This document shows, piece by piece, positions 60,797-64,000 of a stretch of 64,000 nt of DNA. Position numbers and translations under genes: made by a program. Origin of the DNA: Candidatus Lightella neohaematopini (GTDB lineage Bacteria > Pseudomonadota > Gammaproteobacteria > Enterobacterales > Enterobacteriaceae). The stretch is taken from contig JAOBJN010000003.1 of NCBI GenBank assembly GCA_025728475.1, positions 10,784 through 74,783 of the forward strand, written 5' to 3'. The number at the start of each line of letters is the position of its first letter. Within the stretch, counting starts at the first letter, position 1. The notes below the pieces were generated by a model, which was given only the letters and a program-made list of their open reading frames with translations, searched no databases and was not told where the DNA came from.

Positions 60797-61747
60797 ATGT
60801 CTAATATAAAGTTATTTTCTGGAAGTGCTACCACACAATTAGCATATCATATTGCTGCTAACTTAAAATTAAGTGTTAGTAATGCGTTTATAGGTCGTTT
60901 TAGTGATGGTGAAATTAATATACAAATTAATGAAAATGTAAGAGGTGATGATATTTTTATTATTCAATCTACATGTGCTCCAACTAATGATAATATTATG
61001 GAATTAATTTTGATGATCGATGCTTTAAAAAGAGCTTCTGCTAGAAGAATTACTGCCGTAATACCATATTTTGGTTATGCTAGACAAGATAGAAGAGTTA
61101 GATCATCTAGAGTACCTATTACTGCTAAAGTTATTGCTGATTTTTTATCTAGTGTTGGTGTTGATCGCATTCTTACTGTTGACTTACATACTGAACAAAT
61201 ACAAGGATTTTTTACAGTTCCTGTAGATAATGTTTTTGGTAGTATTGTATTAATTGATGATATACGTAAAAAAATGTTATATAATCCTATTATTGTATCT
61301 CCAGATATTGGAGGAGTTATTCGTGCACGTGCTATAGCTAAATTACTTAATGATATTGATATTGCTATTATTGATAAAAGAAGATCAAAAGCTAATATAG
61401 CTCAAGTTATGAATGTTATTGGTGATGTTTCTCATCGTGATTGTTTAATTATTGACGATATGATTGATACTGCTAGTACTATATGTGAAGCTGCTAATAT
61501 TTTAAAAAAACATTTAGCTAGAAGAATATTTGTATACGCTACACATCCAGTATTTTCTGGTAATGCTTATTATAATATTAAAAATTCTGTAATTGATGAA
61601 TTAATTGTATGTGATACAATACCACTAACATCAACAATAAAATTATTATCTAATATTAAGATATTAACTTTAGCTAATATGTTGGCAGAAGCAATTAGAC
61701 GTATTAATAGTGAAGAATCAATATCAGAGATGTTTGAAGTAAAATGA
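60797..61747 (+). CDS. prs: Ribose-phosphate pyrophosphokinase
   Basis: The ORF contains [30 protein letters not shown] and the PRPP loop DDMIDTAST. It is highly conserved. Confidence 0.97.
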   Translation: MSNIKLFSGSATTQLAYHIAANLKLSVSNAFIGRFSDGEINIQINENVRGDDIFIIQSTCAPTNDNIMELILMIDALKRASARRITAVIPYFGYARQDRRVRSSRVPITAKVIADFLSSVGVDRILTVDLHTEQIQGFFTVPVDNVFGSIVLIDDIRKKMLYNPIIVSPDIGGVIRARAIAKLLNDIDIAIIDKRRSKANIAQVMNVIGDVSHRDCLIIDDMIDTASTICEAANILKKHLARRIFVYATHPVFSGNAYYNIKNSVIDELIVCDTIPLTSTIKLLSNIKILTLANMLAEAIRRINSEESISEMFEVK

Positions 61748-62349
61748 TTAAGTTAATTATTGGATTATCTAATTATGGATTACCATACAAAAATAATAGA
61801 CATAATGTTGGAGCAAAATTTATTTGTACCTTTGCTAGGTATAATAATTTAATCTTTAAAAAAGATGTAAAATTATTTAGTTATATTAGTAAATTCAAAA
61901 TAGATAATTATAATGTATATTTATTATTACCAATGACATATATTAATATGAATGGTAAATCATTACTTGCTGTAGCTAATTTTTATGATATTAAAATAAA
62001 TGAGATATTAATTATTCATGATGAATTAGATTTACCACTTGGTAAAATAAGATTTAAACAAAAAATAAATAATACTAGTCATAATGGTGTAAAAAATGTT
62101 GTGTTAACACTTAATAATAATAATTTATATAGAATTAAAATTGGTATTGGACATCCAGGAAATAAAAATAAAGTAATTAATTTTTTGTTATCTGATATGT
62201 CTAATAAAGAACTAAAAATAATGAAATATACTTTTAATTCAATAATAAAAAATATTAGACATATTATTTATTTGGATAAATGTAATATTAGTAAATTTAT
62301 TTTTAAACATAATAAATTAATTCAATTAACTAAAAATAATATTAATTAA
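61744..62349 (+). CDS. pth: Peptidyl-tRNA hydrolase
   Basis: The 201-aa ORF contains LIIGLSN.G..Y...RHNVG and HDELDLP. It overlaps the prs stop codon by ATGA. Confidence 0.92.
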   Translation: MIKLIIGLSNYGLPYKNNRHNVGAKFICTFARYNNLIFKKDVKLFSYISKFKIDNYNVYLLLPMTYINMNGKSLLAVANFYDIKINEILIIHDELDLPLGKIRFKQKINNTSHNGVKNVVLTLNNNNLYRIKIGIGHPGNKNKVINFLLSDMSNKELKIMKYTFNSIIKNIRHIIYLDKCNISKFIFKHNKLIQLTKNNIN

Positions 62350-62355
62350 AATTTA

Positions 62356-63432
62356 ATGTATATTAGATGTGGTATTATAGGATTACCTAATATTGGTAAA
62401 TCAACTTTATTTAATTTATTAACTAATAACCAAGTTAGAACAGACAATTATCCATTTTGCACAATTAATCCTAATGTAGGAATTGTTAATTTATATGATC
62501 ATCGTTTATATAAAATAGCTAATATTATTAATATTAATAATATATTATGTTCTAAAATTCAATTAATTGATACTGCTGGTTTAATTAAAAATGCTGCTAA
62601 TGGTATCGGTTTAGGAGAAAAAATATTAGAACAATTATATAAAGTTAATATTATTTATCATGTAGTACGTAATTTTAAAAAAAATAGTATTCATCATATA
62701 TATAATCGTGTTTCACCAACAGAAGATATTGATATAATTAATATGGAATTAATTCTCTATGATTTAATTAAATGTGAAAATTTATTAAGTAAATTAAAAT
62801 ATAATATTACTAATAAAAATATCATAAAGATTTATAATAAATTAATATCATGTTTGAGTAATAACAAAATGTTAAAAACATTAGAATTTAGTAATGAAGA
62901 AAAAATTATTGTTAGTGGTTTAAATTTTATTACTTTAAAACCAATGATTTATATTTTTAATTGTGATGATACTAAAATTAATACACAGAATATGTCAAAT
63001 ACTATTGATTATAATAAAGATATAATAATAAATATTAATTTTTTGAAAGAAAAAAATATTAATCATATAATTAAAGAATCTATGTTAGATAAAATGAATT
63101 ATAAAATATATAATAAAATTTTAAGTAAGCATAATTTAGTAAAATTATTTATGAAGACATTTAATTTATTGAATATAATTACTTTTTTTACCTTTAACGA
63201 TAAAGAAGTAAAATCTTGGATAATAAAACAAGGAACTACAGCACTAATTGCTGCCAAAAAAATACACTCTGATATTTATAATGGTTTTATAAAAGTTAAG
63301 GTAATAAATTATAATAAATTTATACTAACTAGTAGTAATAAATTTAAAAAATTAAATGAAATACCATACTCAATTTATAATAAGCATTATTCTATAATTG
63401 ATGGAGATATATTAAAATTTATATTTCGTTAA
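62356..63432 (+). CDS. ychF: Ribosome-binding ATPase YchF
   Basis: The 358-aa ORF contains GIIGLPNIGKSTLFN, YPFCTI.PN.G and a TGS-like C-terminus. Confidence 0.93.
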   Translation: MYIRCGIIGLPNIGKSTLFNLLTNNQVRTDNYPFCTINPNVGIVNLYDHRLYKIANIININNILCSKIQLIDTAGLIKNAANGIGLGEKILEQLYKVNIIYHVVRNFKKNSIHHIYNRVSPTEDIDIINMELILYDLIKCENLLSKLKYNITNKNIIKIYNKLISCLSNNKMLKTLEFSNEEKIIVSGLNFITLKPMIYIFNCDDTKINTQNMSNTIDYNKDIIININFLKEKNINHIIKESMLDKMNYKIYNKILSKHNLVKLFMKTFNLLNIITFFTFNDKEVKSWIIKQGTTALIAAKKIHSDIYNGFIKVKVINYNKFILTSSNKFKKLNEIPYSIYNKHYSIIDGDILKFIFR

Positions 63433-63542
63433 TTTTAATAGTAATTACTAATTTCAATAAATTTGTAATTTAATATAATTTACTGTATACTACATAATAG
63501 TTTTAGCTTTTAGTGTAAAATTAAAATTATTAATAATAATTT

Positions 63543-64000
63543 ATGAAGATTAATAATTATTATAAACAATATCTTGTAAAGTTACTAAAAATACCTCAAT
63601 CATCTAACAAAATTAAAACATTATTTTCACCAACTGATTTTAATAAAGAATTAATATATTCTATTAATAAAGCCAGATTTAGAATATATATAGTATTATT
63701 ATATTTTGATTGTGATCGTAGTGGTAGATTAATATTAGATACTTTATATAAGGCTAAAAAAAATTATTATAATCTTGATATAGTAATTATAGTTGATTTA
63801 AATCGTGCTAAAAGAAATAGATTTGGTAATAGTAATACAGTAACAAATATTGACTGGTATTATTATATAGCACAAATAAATTCAGATATAGAAATTCCAA
63901 TATATGGAATTCCAATTAGTAATAAGGAATATCTTGGAGTTTTTCATTTAAAAGGATTCGTTATTGATAATAAAGTAATTTACAGTGGTGCTAATATTAA
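63543..64000 (+). CDS. pssA: Phosphatidylserine synthase (5' part, runs off the window end)
   Basis: My own translation from the ATG at 63543 gives MKINNYYKQYLVKLLKIPQSS...FSPTDF...IYIVLLYFD...DIVIIVDLNRAKRNRFG...IPIYGIPIS...GVFHLKGFVIDNKVIYSGANI. This is colinear with E. coli PssA, including the first HKD motif (H.K.FVID). It is absent from the ORF track because no stop codon falls inside the window. Confidence 0.85.
   Translation, partial: MKINNYYKQYLVKLLKIPQSSNKIKTLFSPTDFNKELIYSINKARFRIYIVLLYFDCDRSGRLILDTLYKAKKNYYNLDIVIIVDLNRAKRNRFGNSNTVTNIDWYYYIAQINSDIEIPIYGIPISNKEYLGVFHLKGFVIDNKVIYSGANI

Overview
This is an extremely AT-rich, gene-dense window (about 20-25% GC by eye, not computed). It looks like the reduced genome of an obligate insect endosymbiont of the Enterobacterales. 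Gene order follows E. coli K-12 in blocks: pnp-rpsO-rbfA-infB-nusA; leuU-secG-folP-ftsH-rlmE-greA-obgE-rpmA-rplU with ispB divergent; rplI-rpsR-rpsF; hflC-hflK-miaA; der-bamB-hisS-ispG-ndk; acpS-pdxJ-recO-era-rnc-lepB-lepA; smpB-ssrA; kdsA-prmC-prfA; and lolB-ispE-prs-pth-ychF. Composition and content (putA, mqo, cls, pssA, kdsA, lolB, bamB, ribA, folP, pdxJ) resemble Wigglesworthia- or Blochmannia-type symbionts, but the species cannot be fixed without a database search. I call 62 protein genes (2 interrupted by homopolymer frameshifts), 4 tRNAs and one tmRNA. I found no mobile elements, CRISPR arrays, prophage, toxin/antitoxin or defence-like genes. Every long ORF that is not an antisense artefact has a housekeeping assignment, so I see no evidence for a novel multi-gene system here. 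The points worth a second look are signatures of genome erosion and possible compensation. (1) ispB and bamE are broken at A/T homopolymers, of the kind known to be rescued by transcriptional slippage in other symbionts. (2) SuhB is an intact ORF but has lost all inositol-monophosphatase catalytic motifs, consistent with retention only for its rRNA-antitermination role. (3) GapA has the catalytic His replaced by Asn, and similar Asp-to-Asn changes occur in RNase III and IspB. (4) A near-consensus sigma-32 promoter lies upstream of grpE. (5) There is a divergent tmRNA tag, and none of the tRNA or tmRNA genes encodes a 3' CCA. (6) Two unusually long non-coding spacers sit at synteny breakpoints, and many genes are missing from their E. 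coli-syntenic positions. All homology statements come from by-eye alignment to remembered E. coli sequences and motifs, and no searches were run.
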